Assembly (NCBI RefSeq): GCF_902459465.1
Contig: NC_047062.1
Location: 10,168,001-10,232,000, forward strand
Length of the DNA stretch: 64,000 nt
From: Asterias rubens
Taxonomy: Eukaryota
Direction of reading: 5' to 3'
Shown: positions 49,985 through 62,930 of the stretch, piece after piece
Layout: each line of letters begins with the position of its first letter
Numbering within the stretch: the stretch's first letter is position 1
The notes under the pieces: model-generated
Databases searched by the model: none
Told to the model about the DNA's origin: nothing
Seen by the model: only the letters and a program-made list of their open reading frames with translations
Made by a program: the position numbers and the translations under genes

Positions 49985-52900
49985 CTATTCTTCTTTGCCT
50001 TGTTTGTTTTTAGGTTCTCTCTTTCTTCGGTGCCACTGGTTCCACTCACAAGCTCTGCGACTAAATAAAAGAGGGAAATTCAAAGGTAACAATTTATACT
50101 AAATAATTTGAAGTAGGATTTGAAACGTTTCATGGTTGATCCAACATTAAAAAAATTAATCTGGGTTGGAATTTTTTGTAATCTATTGTCATTTACACTT
50201 TTGTGTATTGAATGAAAACTCTTGTACTGGTGAGAATTGTTACTGTTGGAAAAAAAAACATGACGACAGAACACAAAATACTTGACCAGGATCAAAACAT
50301 TTGACCAGGATGATTGACTTTTTATTAGTGCCGTCACAGTTGCAAGTTTTGCCAGCCTTGGTTGGCAAAAGTATGGGCTATGTACCTCACGACCAAAAGT
50401 ACAGAATATTATTTACATATTGGTCTCAAATTACCCACACCATGAGGATCACTAATAAATCAATTGCCTTAGCTAAAACAAAAGTACACATATTTTCACT
50501 TCATAAAAAGTGATATTTAAAAAAAAAAATGTAAATGTTTCATTAAAGTTGCAAATCCAGTTTGTGCCAAACCAGTTAAATATTGTGTGATATTACATTC
50601 ACGAGCTATTTTCACACTGTATCTCTTATCCCTGTAGAATACAGCCATTGGGAGACCCTGGGAGTTTTGTTTGTACTCCCTAGTTATACCCTGTCGCACT
50701 TTCACACTGTCCCGGCTTGGGGGTTCTGGGTTTCTGGTTGCCAGTATTATGTGCACATTTCAAGAATACCCCAGGTTATGAATGGGCCAGCCATTATTCC
50801 CTGGGTTGTCCCCGGGGAATACTATCTAGAGTAGTGTGATCAGGGCTAACTCATAATGGCAGTCAGTGTAATGGTAAAGAAAGGAAAGGACAATGTATGA
50901 GATTTGTAAGCCATCTCGTGCAGTGCTAAATCACTCAAACTCAGCAACACTGGGATGGTAAACAGAGGTGAGGTCAGGATTAAGTTTTAAAGAGGAGCCT
51001 AACCTGTAGTGTTTCTTGGAGTCTCCTGGAAGTTCTTTCCACACCTGGCCCAATAATTTTGTAATATCTCGTCCTTGCAATTCGGGCCATTTTCTATAAA
51101 TAAACGAACAACAAATAAATTTGATTACAACTGAATAGTCTCCTACATCTACAGTTATACAAATCTTCATCTAATCAGGCACACATAAATCTTAATGCAA
51201 GAAACAATTGTCATTTATTTGGCTAATTAGTAAATTTTGCCCAATAACTTTTAGAAAACAACAAAAAAGAGTATCTTCATTAAATCTTATTGAAAAAGTC
51301 ACTTCCCATGGGAGCCTTGGAAACACTAAGACCTAAAAAAGGTTCTGATGACATAACAGTCCATAGTTTGTCTGTTAGTTTTGTGTTGTTTGTTTGTTTG
51401 TTTGTTTGTTTGTTTGCTTGTTTGTGTAGACATACCAGCTAAATGTACATTGCTAATGTAGCTCTGAGCTTGCGCATATTTTTCCAAAAACACTTGATTT
51501 ACCTGTTTCATGCAAGTCTACTGCCACCTAATCTATTCAGCGTTTCCCAAAAATTCTGATTGATCATGAGCAAGTTGGCACTGAGGCAACAAACGCAACA
51601 ACAGTCATTCCGGGAATGATTTCTTGTCTGAAGGCTATGATCTTATATCATGAGAATGGACTGAAGGTTCACTTCATTATCCTAAGATGTACCCTCTCTC
51701 TCTCTGAACAAAGTTTAATTTAGTAATAACTAAACCATTAACGGACGATATACTCTTTATAATGGCAATAAAAACTTACTTGTTTAGATGTAGCTTTCAA
51801 AAGTATAAAGCTTTTTGAGAATCATTTCCCTTCAACGTAATGTGGTTATAAAAAAATATATATCAGTTTCTATCCCCCCAAAATTTAAAAAGAGAAGAGT
51901 AAATTTCAGGTACATTTCTCTGAATTTGTATTCCAATAACAGCTTATTCTTTCTGCATGGACACAACCACTCCAGATTTTTGACAACAACTCAAAAATGC
52001 TACCAGGTGTTCTTGTATATGTCTACATTTATATAGGATTAAAACCATCAAAACACATTTTTTTAAACTATGACAGATACTTTTTTTTGTCTACCCATCT
52101 AACTAAAACATTCCAAAAGCTTTTTAATTTGCAAAAAGGTTTGTCCATTGTGACTTACTCCCTGAACTTTGGATGATTGACTTTGGTGAAGAGTTGATAT
52201 CCATTTATCCAAGAGCGACGTAAGGAGCAACCAGAGGCCGCTGTGGGGGTCAAGGTGGGAGACTCACTTCCACTGGGAATCTCTAGCGGACTCTCAGACT
52301 CCTCAAACTGAAGACAACTAGCATCGACCACCAATGTTTGGGCGATGGCTACTGTAGCTTGGTTATTCTACCAGAAAAAATACATGAAACAATTTGGAAA
52401 TTGTTTAACTAGTGCAAACTGCTTACCAATCAAAATGACCTATGGTATAAATGCGAAAAAATAGTTCAAAGCCTATTGTTTCAACCCTTGCAGAGTCTTT
52501 CTCAAAGGCTAATTTAATTTAGAACATTTTGGGAAAAGAATGAAATGTTCTAAATTTCACCAGCTTGATGGCCAAGTCTGCAGACTGATATGTTTCTTAC
52601 AACAGGGCAGTCATTCAAAATGAAAGAGAACAAGTACAAAATTGCTTTTGTTTATTTAGAAAGTAGATTTGTAGAAAAAAAAGTTTAGCACAGTAGGAGC
52701 ACAAAACAAATCTAATGGAGCATTGAAAAATTGCTAACCGAACACAAACAAAATACTATTCATGCTACAAAAAAGGGCAAATCTCACAACATCCTATATA
52801 TAGGATGCGTTGTTTCTAAAATTTTCAATACTAACCTGCGGTATCACGTCTACAGCAGCTTCATAGATTGTCACCTGTTGGAAAGCTGGAGCCGTTGGTG

Positions 52901-55900
52901 CAGTATCGGTGGATTCAGTGGTGGCTGGTTGAATGGGGACAAAACCCTCAGGGGTGGTCTGTTCTGAGGTTGTCGATGTGGGTGATACATTGGCCTGACT
53001 TGAAGTGGTAGTTGTCACATAATTCTTTGCTGTCTCACATGCAGTCATTATCTGTGCTGTTTCAAGAGGCTGGGTAGTTGGGACTGTGGTATGATGCAAG
53101 ATAGTATTTGGCAAAATTTGAGGAAAATTCCTTGAGACAGGGGTTGTGTTGGTTGTCATGGCTGTGGCAGTGGCCATGGTTGAGGTGGTCACTTTAGATA
53201 GCACGGGAGCAGCACAATGATAAGCTGATGTCTTGTCAGCTGAACATGGAACTGGCAATGTGGATGTGGAAGCTACTTGTTGATGAGTTGTCGGCATAAA
53301 AGTGAGTTTCTCTGAACCACGTTGTGTCATTGAAGATGAGAAAACAGTTGGGCTACGGAGGAGGGTATTCTCACATGAAGTCATCAGCACCTTCTGAACT
53401 GGCACAGTAGATGCTGCTGTCGACTGACATACAACAGTGTTTGAAAATAGCAGAGGTACTACCCTGCTTGCAGTAGTTGTTCTCAAGTGCTGAGTTGTTA
53501 TGACTTTGCTGGTAGCTGTTGTATAATATATCTGAGTGTTAGGTAGGACTGTAGAGTAATGAAGAGATATAGTCTTGGCAGATGACAGCAATGCTGCGTT
53601 CTTGTTGTGTACACCGCAATGGCGCACTACAGCATCTGGCAAGACTGTATGTTGTTCTGGTACCACGCTTGTCCGGAAGGTTGTAGCTGGCAGGTTCGTT
53701 GCTGATTTGTTCTTTGGCATCTGAGTAGTTGGCATGAAGGTTAGGTAACGATGTGATCCAGAATTGCTGGTTTGAGATGTCCAGTTGTTCCTGATTGGGA
53801 GTTTGGCAGGTTTTGCTGATTGATGTACCGGTGCAGCAGGATAGACTGTGGAGTATTGAAGCAGAGCTGTCTCACACGAAGTTGGAGTCTTTGGGGTTGT
53901 GGCTGCTTGTGAATACTGTGCAAGGGTTGATGGCATGAAGGTAAAAGACTGAAGTGATTCAGTCTTTCTTGACAATATCGGCTGCTTTGTCAGAGTTGGC
54001 TGGAGTGTTGGTACTGTTGATGGATTCACGATGGAAGTTGGCAATATGATTGAATAATGAAGAAGCTTGTTTTCACTAGATTTTGACATCTTAATGATCT
54101 GTGATGGAAATGTAGCACCTGTTGTGGTTGACTGATTTACAAGAGCAGTTGGGATGGCTGAAGAGTATAGGTTAGGAACAATTCCTGAAGTTGTCGTGGT
54201 CATCATATTTGAGGATGGCAAGAAAGATGCTTCTGCTGGGGGAAGGGAACTAGATGAGGTCAAGGAACGACAAGGTGTTGTGGTAGTCGTATCATTAGAA
54301 GCCATTCCCATGAGAGAAGTAGACTTGGCTGAAGGGTTTGTGGAGCCATTAATATTGGAATATAAGAGAGGAACTGATGTGGCTATCATTGGTTGAGTTA
54401 ATTCACTTGTTTGCAAAACGCGAGAACAACCAAGATCAGCATTCTTGACTAAAGTGGTCTCCTTAGTTGGCCTTGCTGTTGAGGTAGCGTTGGACTTGTG
54501 ATCTTGGTCAATCTGGCAATAACTGACACGACGATCACTTGCACACAGATAGCCTGGTCCCATACTGTGAGTCTTCACCTGTGAAGCCATGATCTCTGAT
54601 GAATCATCTTGAGAGGATTCTATGGGTTGGTTGACATTATCACTGACTGAGGAAAGATCACTTGGCAATCTTGCTTCACTGTTGGGGTATGATTGATGGG
54701 AATCGGCAGAGTAAGAATGTTCTAGGTGATTAGAACATGGAGTCTGAAATGATGTTTCTCCCTCAGATTCTACATTAGATCCTGACTTAGCATTAGCAGG
54801 AGATAGCCAACCTGGTCTAAACATATTAGCAGGCGCTGAGTATGCTGAATCAGGTGAGGAATCTCCACTGATATAGTAATCCAGAAGTCTCTTCCTCTGT
54901 TCTCTGTCAAGAGACGTCGATGGAGCATGGCCTAATGATGCTACTTTCCTCTGACAAGTGTTTTTGATTTTGCGGCGCTGGGATGACATTCGTGAAACAA
55001 TGGGAAGGGAAACTGATGACTCCTTTGGTATTTGTTTAAAAGTGTAAAGATTGTCAATTTCCACTACGTCACTTTTTCTGGGGGACATTTGCTCTTCATC
55101 AACAACTAATTCCCCTTGGTCACTTTCAAGCACGTCTTCATTTTGGGGAGTTGGAGGCCTAAGATCCATGTGGGAAACTTCCCTAGAGAAACCTCCTGGA
55201 TCTTTGTGGGGAACCTTTACGGAGTAACCTAGATCTGTGTTGGGAACCATCTTTGAATAACCTCCTGGATTATTGTGGGGCACCTTCTCAGAGTAACTTC
55301 CTGAAATTGTGTGGGGAACATTCTCACAGTAATCTCCTGGATCTGTGTGGGAAACCTCTTCGGAGCTACTTCTTGGATTTTTGTGTTCAACCTTCTTAGA
55401 GTAACCTTCACGATCCATAGGTGGAACATCCACAGAGTGAATTCCTAGATCTGTTAGGGGAACCTTCTCGGAGTAACTTCCTAGATCTCTATGGGAAACC
55501 CTCTTGGAGGAAACTCCTGAATTTTTGTAACAAACATTCTTAGAGTAACTTCCAGGCTCCGTGTGTGAAACATGCTCAGGGTGACCTCCTAGATCTGTGT
55601 GGAAAACCTTTTTGGAGCAACCTCCTGGATTATTGTGGGGAGCCATCTTGGAGTAACTTCCAGGATCCATGTAGGGAACATCGCTGGAGTGATCTCCTAG
55701 ATCTGTGTGGGGAACCTTTTTGGGGTAACCTCCTTGAACAGCATGGGGAAGCTTCTCCGGAATCTTAGAGAAACATTTGTAGGGAACCTCCTTAGAAAGT
55801 CTACATGCAGGGGTGTTTTGGGTGACAAAAGGATTTAATTTCTCATGAGGAATCTTTTTCGATCGCAATCCAGAGTACCTTGGCAGTGGTGTTTGAGGTG

Positions 55901-58900
55901 TTCTAACTTTGTCTGGTTTCCATGCAAATTTGTCAGCCTGCTGATTGGCGGAGACAATCTTAGCTGACCTTTTGATATCACGTAGTAGTTTGGGACTGAT
56001 CGGGGTGGATGCAGGAACTTTCAGTTCCTTTCCATCTGAAACAAATTTAAATAAAATTTCAAAGATTAGATACATTAAAATAAAAACACTATTGAAGTTT
56101 TGAAATTTTTGTTTTTCATCCACATAATGGCAGCTTCATAAACAAAAGATTTAAATGTAAACTCACTGAATGTTGCAACAAGTTTATTATATGTGATGCA
56201 ATCAAGCTAGATGAGGCGTATGTCGGCAATTTTATTATGGAGAAACAAGTCAAAACAGGAAACGGGTCACATTTTCAAAAAAAAAATTTTTCAAGATTCA
56301 AGTGCCAAAATGTCTCTATTTTAATAAAACAAAAACCGGGGTAACATTTTCCAAAAGTTGTTTTTTCAAGATTCAAGTGCCAAAATGTCTTTCTATATAA
56401 TAACATCTTCAAGGGGTTAAAATTAGCTTAGGAATAAAGTTTGCTGATGCACATTGTGAGAGAAAGAAATCAACAAAAGTTTGAAAATAATGTTTGCATA
56501 GGTTTGTTACACGGAAAGTTGTGCACACAAGTCCTGTAAAATTTACTGTCATCTCGACGGCAAAAAATACTTTAAAAGTGATTGAAAACAATCACAACAT
56601 GCCTTTGAAAATGAATATGAGTGTCCCTGTTACCAACATGTAACTTCTGTAACTCAAACCCTTTGAAAAGTTCAATCACATCACTGTATTCCTTGTTTAA
56701 CACCGATAAGTTTATCACCAAAAAGCGGAGATCGCCATTACTGTGTGTACATTGCGTGTGCGATGCATGGTAAATTACTATTACGGACGGTACTACACAG
56801 AGAAAAACAGCAACTCGTGTGTTGCAATGTCAGGACTTCCGACCTTTGAACCCTTCAGGGGATTTTTACTATGGGGCACCAAGCGCTATTTTTAGACTGT
56901 TTTCATGTCACATTGCGTTCTATCTACGGCTGTTTGCTGCATGTTAATCGCAAGTTTAGAACTAAAATTTAGAGAGTCGTCAAACTTCGACGACATTCGG
57001 CGCAATATTCAAAGTGTATACGCAGGGCGCCTGTCGGATGTATGTGCGTGCTAAAAAAAAGGGTTTTAAACCCCTTTTTCTTTGTTTCAGTCACTCATAA
57101 CTCTTGGTGTTTCTCCTTTCACAACTTTTGAACAAAAGGTTTTATAAACATGGAGTTTTCAAAGAAGTAAAGCATAGCTTAAATTTTTTGTAAATTACAC
57201 GGGTCGACAAACGACTCATTTTGCTTGATTGCATCACATATGTACTTCAAATTTAAACAAAATTTGTAACAAAGTTAAACAATGACTGCACTTTGAGTGT
57301 CTATGGAAACAGGTTTTCAGCGCTTACCAATTGTTGCCTTCAGTGGTACATTGAAGCTGAGCCAGCAATCTTCTCTCTTCTGCTCAATACTTTCGACTAG
57401 GCAGAGATTATTAATTTTGGATTGCAGGAAATCGATGTAGTCGTTGGCCTTTCGTAACACGTTGAACTGTGTTTGAAATTATAAACAAACAAATCCACTA
57501 AGTTGTTTATAATTTACAAGAAGTCTTGACAAACAAATACAAATGTTGATGAGGTGGGAAAGGTTATTACAACTGTAATACTTTCCTACAAAACTTTACA
57601 GCATATAGCTATTTGATTCCATGTTGTTAGAGGAGTCCACGAATGACAAAAATGAAAAAAAATACAACCCCCTTTCGGACAATTCGAGCCGTTTTTGTTT
57701 ACACTTTCCATGTGAACATTAATGTGAAGAGTTATGCCATTAAGCATTCAGGTATTTTTAGCACGATTTGTTTCTATCATTCCCAACTGCATAGACAACC
57801 AAGGGTGGATTTCACACAGAGTTAAAACTGTCTTATCCCAGACGAGTTCAACTTGGGACTTTATCTAAAGCGTTGACAAATCCTAAGTTAGGGCTGTCTT
57901 TGTAAAATCGAACCCAAGGTGTTTTCTAGACATTGAGCTGCTAACTACATCAAAATGCAATACAGTTGAAATGAAGAAAGCCCTAAAAATTTGAGATTCT
58001 GTTGCATTGTAAATTAACTGGGTTTTATCAGCTACAGTTTTGGGATTTTACACTATTCTGCTCAATGTTGCACCAATACACTGAAGTTAGCTGGGGACTG
58101 AGCTGACATGGAAACGTATATCATCACATACCATGTATGGAACAGAGTTTGCCTAATTTGATCTTGAATACTGAAGAGAAGTGGTTTTGAGGATGTACAT
58201 AAATTGGTATATTGCAGTGCATAATGTCAAAATTGTATTTAAAACATTTACTTATTTTCGTATTTTTCCCCCGGCCCGTACCTTGGTAACATTCCTGTAG
58301 ACATCACCAGGAGGCAGTACCTTCACTAGTTCCTGAATCGCATCATTCAGACTCTGGTGGCGCTGTCTAATCCACAAATAATTAAGAACATCAATGTTAA
58401 TTCTTCACAAAGGTACATTTTACTGCTTCATACTGTTTAAAAGAATTACATCCCTATTCAAATACGGATTTAACTCTTAGAGTGAACCTAATTCACTCCA
58501 GGGCTCAAAATTAACAATGGACCGCTGGCCTGAGGCCATTGTTTTTAGCATTGGGCCAGTAAACTAATGACCGAACAAGTCTTGTGTTCTTTTGTTTTTG
58601 AATAACAACTACAACTCAATAAAAAGGTTATGTTAAAATGTTTACTTTGAGTTTGATAAACATCTTTCAATTCTGTTGGGTGTGAAAGTAATGCCAAAAA
58701 CAAATGAGATTAATCTTCTGGCAGTGATGACAAATAAAAAATTATAACATTTTGCCACTGGGAAGGTGTTTTTTTCTTTGTTTTTCTCATTTTGATTCTG
58801 GTATATAATTGTATTCAATTGTTTTGGCCATGTACATGTACAAACTTGAAACTACAACTAACAAGCCCTGATGTCTTGTGGATTTGTACCCTAAATTTGA

Positions 58901-60535
58901 ATCCGAACACCACGCATACGTAACTTGTAGCAAACTCAACAAGTAGCACCTAGTTTAATACCCAATTCTATCATGATTGTAATCATGAACTTCAGAAATT
59001 CAATAGACCCCTTGCAAAGGCCACGTCATTGGGAAACCTGTCCCTCTGGAGAATCTGTCCCTCTGGGGATTCTGTTTCCTCTAATGGGAAGTTAACATGG
59101 ACGGAAGGATGGTGATTCAACAGAGGGCGCTGCCAGGAGAGGCTTGTACACAGTGCAGCATTATGGGGGGACAGAATCTCCTGCCACACCGCCATCGATA
59201 AAGAGGTCAACCAATACAAAGTTCATAGTTCAATTTATTTCACTCAATCATTTAAAATAACAAAATATAACATTACAGGAGAGAATACTTAATAGATTAA
59301 GTTAAGGAGGTCTCCTAAAGCAAGCTTGTTAGATGGAGACCCCCTGAATTTGTGTGCATCATATTAGAAAGAACAATGCTATAATAGACTGAAATAATTG
59401 AAGGCGCACAAACTTCGCACCACGCACAACTCTTTGTCAATGACCTCAATGAGGGCGCTGTTTAAGATTGCAAGGGGTCTATTCTACTTCTCACCTCTCA
59501 TGTACCCTGTGTAGAGCTCTCCTCTCCTCAGACATGTTTTTCCTTGTCCTAAACGGAGACTCCTCTCTCCAATCACTCTGCTCATCTTCATCTTCAGTTG
59601 AATGCTTACTCCTCTTTTTCTTTATTGAAGAAGACTTACTGTGCATCCTCTTCTTCCTCCTCTTCGAACAGACATTAGCTTCAGCCAAGGCTCGGTTTGG
59701 AACAGATCCATCTGGCTGGTCAGTGACCTTTGTCCTTGGCTCGTCGGAAACTGAAACATCTGCATCCCACTCGCATTTGGTTTTTGGTTTTTTGGAAGAC
59801 TTGCTGAGCTTTGTGCTTAACTGTTAGTGAGAGATAGAGAACACTTCTAAATTTCTTATTGGGTGCGTTTGATAAGCTTCCCTGTGTCGACCCCGCAGTG
59901 CTCATTCGGGTGAGCCCCTGATGACAAGACCTAATCAAACGATAACTCACTCTCTCGTGGTAACGTTATGCACCTGGGGCCAGCCCCAAGTGTCCCACTC
60001 CATAAGCAGGGCACTTGGGGCTGACCCAGGTGAGCCCCTGGAATGACGAACTTAATGTGGGCAGACTGGGGTCAACCCAGGGAAGCTAATCAAACCCACC
60101 CATAATAAGTCAAACTGGGGATTTAATAATTGCGATAATCTTAAACCTTAATTCATTGGACAGTTATAGAACAAAGTTGATTCTTTCAACACAGTACGAA
60201 CAATGCAAATAAGATGTCCACATATTGTTCGTAGTAGCTTTTTATTGGGACAAGCCAAAGAGCTATTATGATGATGCAACCAGTGGAAGACTTTTCGTAC
60301 CCCGCCACTACTTTTTCACTCATTTTTACAGAAAGGATTACGGTTTACCTAATTTCAATTAACTCAGATACTATTTTGTTTATTTCATTACGAATGAAAA
60401 AACTGACTGCAATTTTTTTATATTCATTAGTATCAAATTCAAAGTTGGTAAAATGAAGTAAATTCTACCTACCCTGACAGATTTGCGAAGCTGTCTATTG
60501 CCCTTCAAGTTTGAAGTAGTTGGGGGTTCTTGCAT
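49985..60535 (-). CDS. MEIOSIN: bHLH + HMG-box protein, meiosis-initiator (MEIOSIN/BHMG1)-like, ~1395 aa
   Basis: GT-AG exons in consistent phase: 60535-60473, 59820-59495, 58366-58282, 57466-57328, 56035-52836, 52367-52159, 51093-51004, 50060-49985 (4188 nt). Spliced bHLH: RRALHRVHERQRHQSLNDAIQELVKVLPPGDVYRNVTKFNVLRKANDYIDFLQSKI. Spliced HMG box: RRSWINGYQLFTKVNHPKFREKWPELQGRDITKLLGQVWKELPGDSKKHYSRRACEWNQWHRR. The symbol is assigned from domain architecture, not from an alignment. Confidence 0.7.
55160..55800 (-). repeat. Coding 36-bp (12-aa) tandem repeat inside the 3.2-kb exon of the bHLH-HMG gene
   Basis: About 17-18 units like KVPHTDLGDHSS / DVPYMDPGSYSK / MAPHNNPGGCSK / RVSHRDLGSYSE in ORF 52794-56123. 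Confidence 0.85.
56193..57237. mobile_element. ~1.05-kb non-autonomous DNA transposon with TIRs (intronic)
   Basis: gtgatgcaatcaagc...gcttgattgcatcac flanked by ATAT on both sides; internal direct repeat ttttttcaagattcaagtgccaaaatgtct. Confidence 0.65.
59002..59483. mobile_element. TIR element (aatagaccccttgcaa) in an intron of the bHLH-HMG gene
   Basis: aatagaccccttgcaa at 59002 and its reverse complement ttgcaaggggtctatt ending at 59483. Confidence 0.6.
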
Positions 60536-61871
60536 TGCCTCTATAGACAGGTGAGCCTCGCCTCATTTCTGTAAACAAATGTAAAATTGGAATTGAAAAA
60601 AAACGAAGACGGACTGAGCATGTAGAGGCGGGTCGATAGAAATGTACGTATGTAACTTGTAAAAGAAGAAATGTAGCCTAGCCTAGTGAAGGGAATAGGT
60701 AGGAGTAATGGACTACACAGGGACATCGTACAAGAAAACAAGAAAAACTACAAAACTACAAACGCTAACGAGCTAATAATTATCATTAAAACTAAATTCC
60801 TAACTATAAAAAGCAAAGGAAAGGCATCACTATCAAAGATCAGTGTGCGGTGTGAAAGTTGCCACCTCCATGGTCCATCAAGTTTTAAAGGTTTTTTGCA
60901 TACTTCTAATGAACAAAAGAAGGTAATCAGGGCATCGATACATCGCATCAATTTATTTTTTCCTATTCAAAGAAAAGGCCATGGTGGCCCAAAAACAGGA
61001 CCAATGCGGTAGGCTAGGTCATTTCTACTCCTAGAACTATGAAGTTCGTTCCGCTATTGTTTTGTGGAGACGATAGCAGAATACTCATATCTATGAGTAG
61101 GCCTTTTCTACCTCCATGGATAGGCCATGGAGGTAGAAGAAGCATATTGTGTGACGTCCTGTATTCAAGATGTTCCTGAAATCGAGGCAAAACTTGTACT
61201 GCTCTGCGCGCAATGTAAACAGTCCTCAGATACAATTCTTGTGGCTTGACTTGCCAAGTAAAGAGTCTCCTCTCCCTTGACTAAAACTTAGAAAACATGC
61301 AACATTGGTTAGTTACACTTGTAATGCAAAACGTTTTGGTATTTTAGGCATTTCTACAAGGTACAAAAATATTAAGCTCTGGCGATACCACAATATTATC
61401 GAATATCGGAAATGAATTCGGAAATGATTTCGATATCGTACTGATTTGGTTTTAAAAGAGAAAATAGAATTAGCTGTTGCAAACAACTTACCAACCAAAT
61501 GGACCGAGAGTATAAATGCAAAAAATAGTTAATGGCCTGACGTTTCGACCCTAGCAGAGTCTTTCTCGAAGGCTAAATGACAACACAACAAACATGAACA
61601 GGTAACTAAGTGAAACATAAGCAGTGAAGTGGAAATACATGAATGGGGTTAGAAAGCATACATAAAAAAGCAGGGGGTAAACAAAGAATAGGGGGACAAA
61701 AAAGGGGGGGGGGTGAAGGGAAGGGGCTGGCTTGACCACAAGCAAGAATATGGAAACACAAAGGACAACATCGAGGGTGGTGAGGTTGGGTAAAAAGTAA
61801 TTTATATTAGTGAATGAGGCTCAGGCTAAAAGGCTATGGGGAAAAAAGGAGACGGCAAAACAAAAGGTTTA

Positions 61872-62930
61872 TTAGTCGTTTCCTTCTTGGATGTTCAGAC
61901 CATGGGGTTGAATGGTCTGGAGGCGTCTAATCCAGAGTTTCTCCCTACTCAAACGCACAGTCTCTCTGTGGTTGCCTAGTGCCTCTATGCCCTGTAAGAT
62001 CATGTCAGAAATGGAGTGATTAGGAAGATTGAAGTGATGACCTACAGGTGTATCTAGCTTTTGGGTCTTGACTGTAGATCTGTGGCCGTAGAAACGCCTC
62101 TTGAGTGTAGTTCTTGTTTCACCTATATATTGAACACCACAGACTCTGCAAGATATGAGATAAATGAGATTAGTGGTGGTGCAGGTGACATGACCCCTTG
62201 TCTTATGGGTGGTACCGCCGGTGTTACTGGTGAAGGAGTCCGATTCCCTGATGTGTTGTCTACAGACGATGCATTTGGAGATGTTGGAACACCTAAAAGT
62301 TCCCTGTGGTAGAGGGGGATTAACATCATCATTAATGGGAGGGACTTCTGCTCGGACAATGAGATCCCTGAGACTTGGTGGGCGTCTGTAGGCAACTATG
62401 GGTTCTTCCTGCACAGCACGTTGAAGTCGATCTGATGTGTGAAGAATATGATGGTTAGAACTGGTTATTTTACGAATGGGAGGAAGTGAGGGGTGGAAAG
62501 TGACAACAAAAGGAACTTTCCCCGTAAGACTCTGTTGTTTCTTTGGTCCTTTGGAAAGTACTGACTCCCTAGAACGAGCCTTGACTTTCTGGATAGCTCG
62601 ATGGACTGCTAGAGAGCTATGACCCCTGGAAACAAGGTGTTTCTTAAGTTCCTGTGAGTGGTGGATAAAATCAGAATCATTAGAACAGATTCGACGGAGT
62701 CTGAGGGCCTGACTGTAGGCTATGCTGGTTTTGCAGTGTCGGGGGTGACAGCTAGTGGAATGTAGGTATTGGTGTTTATCTGTGGGTTTAACGAAGAGAT
62801 CTGTGGTTAAGCCTACATCCGTCTTGAGAACCTTGACATCCAGAAAGTGTGTATCCTTGGTTGAGTATTCGCTCGTGAATTTGATGGTCCTGTGGAAGGA
62901 ATTTATGTGATTAATAAAAGCTTTGAGGCT
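61872..62930 (-). CDS. Penelope RT C-terminal/thumb region + Cys-rich linker + GIY-YIG endonuclease (5'-truncated, open frame)
   Basis: Translated by hand, open from 62930: FINHINSFHRTIKFT, FLDV, KPTDKHQYL...SCHP, SIAYSQALRLRRICS, PFVVTFHP, AYRRPPSLRDL, CSNISKCIVC, NLIYLISCRVCGVQYIGET, RFYGH, PHGLN. The RT catalytic core is missing. Confidence 0.9.
   Translation of the reverse strand, partial: SLKAFINHINSFHRTIKFTSEYSTKDTHFLDVKVLKTDVGLTTDLFVKPTDKHQYLHSTSCHPRHCKTSIAYSQALRLRRICSNDSDFIHHSQELKKHLVSRGHSSLAVHRAIQKVKARSRESVLSKGPKKQQSLTGKVPFVVTFHPSLPPIRKITSSNHHILHTSDRLQRAVQEEPIVAYRRPPSLRDLIVRAEVPPINDDVNPPLPQGTFRCSNISKCIVCRQHIRESDSFTSNTGGTTHKTRGHVTCTTTNLIYLISCRVCGVQYIGETRTTLKRRFYGHRSTVKTQKLDTPVGHHFNLPNHSISDMILQGIEALGNHRETVRLSREKLWIRRLQTIQPHGLNIQEGND

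Noticed and set aside
50517-50756. Alternative last exon for the HMG box (R-DKRYSVK...)
   Set aside because: Phase-compatible but does not complete HMG helix 3; the exon at 50060-49985 gives a better Y-x3-A-x2-W-x3-H pattern. Not excluded as a minor isoform.
51326-51530. Possible exon or ORF between the first two HMG exons
   Set aside because: Would interrupt the HMG box, lacks homology and runs into a (AAAC)n microsatellite.
56036-56123. MDEKQKF... start of the 1109-aa ORF as a stand-alone gene
   Set aside because: AT-rich intron sequence ahead of an acceptor at 56037-36; the ORF is an internal exon.
61106-61138. Perfect 14-bp-arm hairpin upstream of the bHLH-HMG gene
   Set aside because: Adjacent to a small palindromic repeat family also seen near 44880-44980 and 45955-46050; no evidence for a specific regulatory role.
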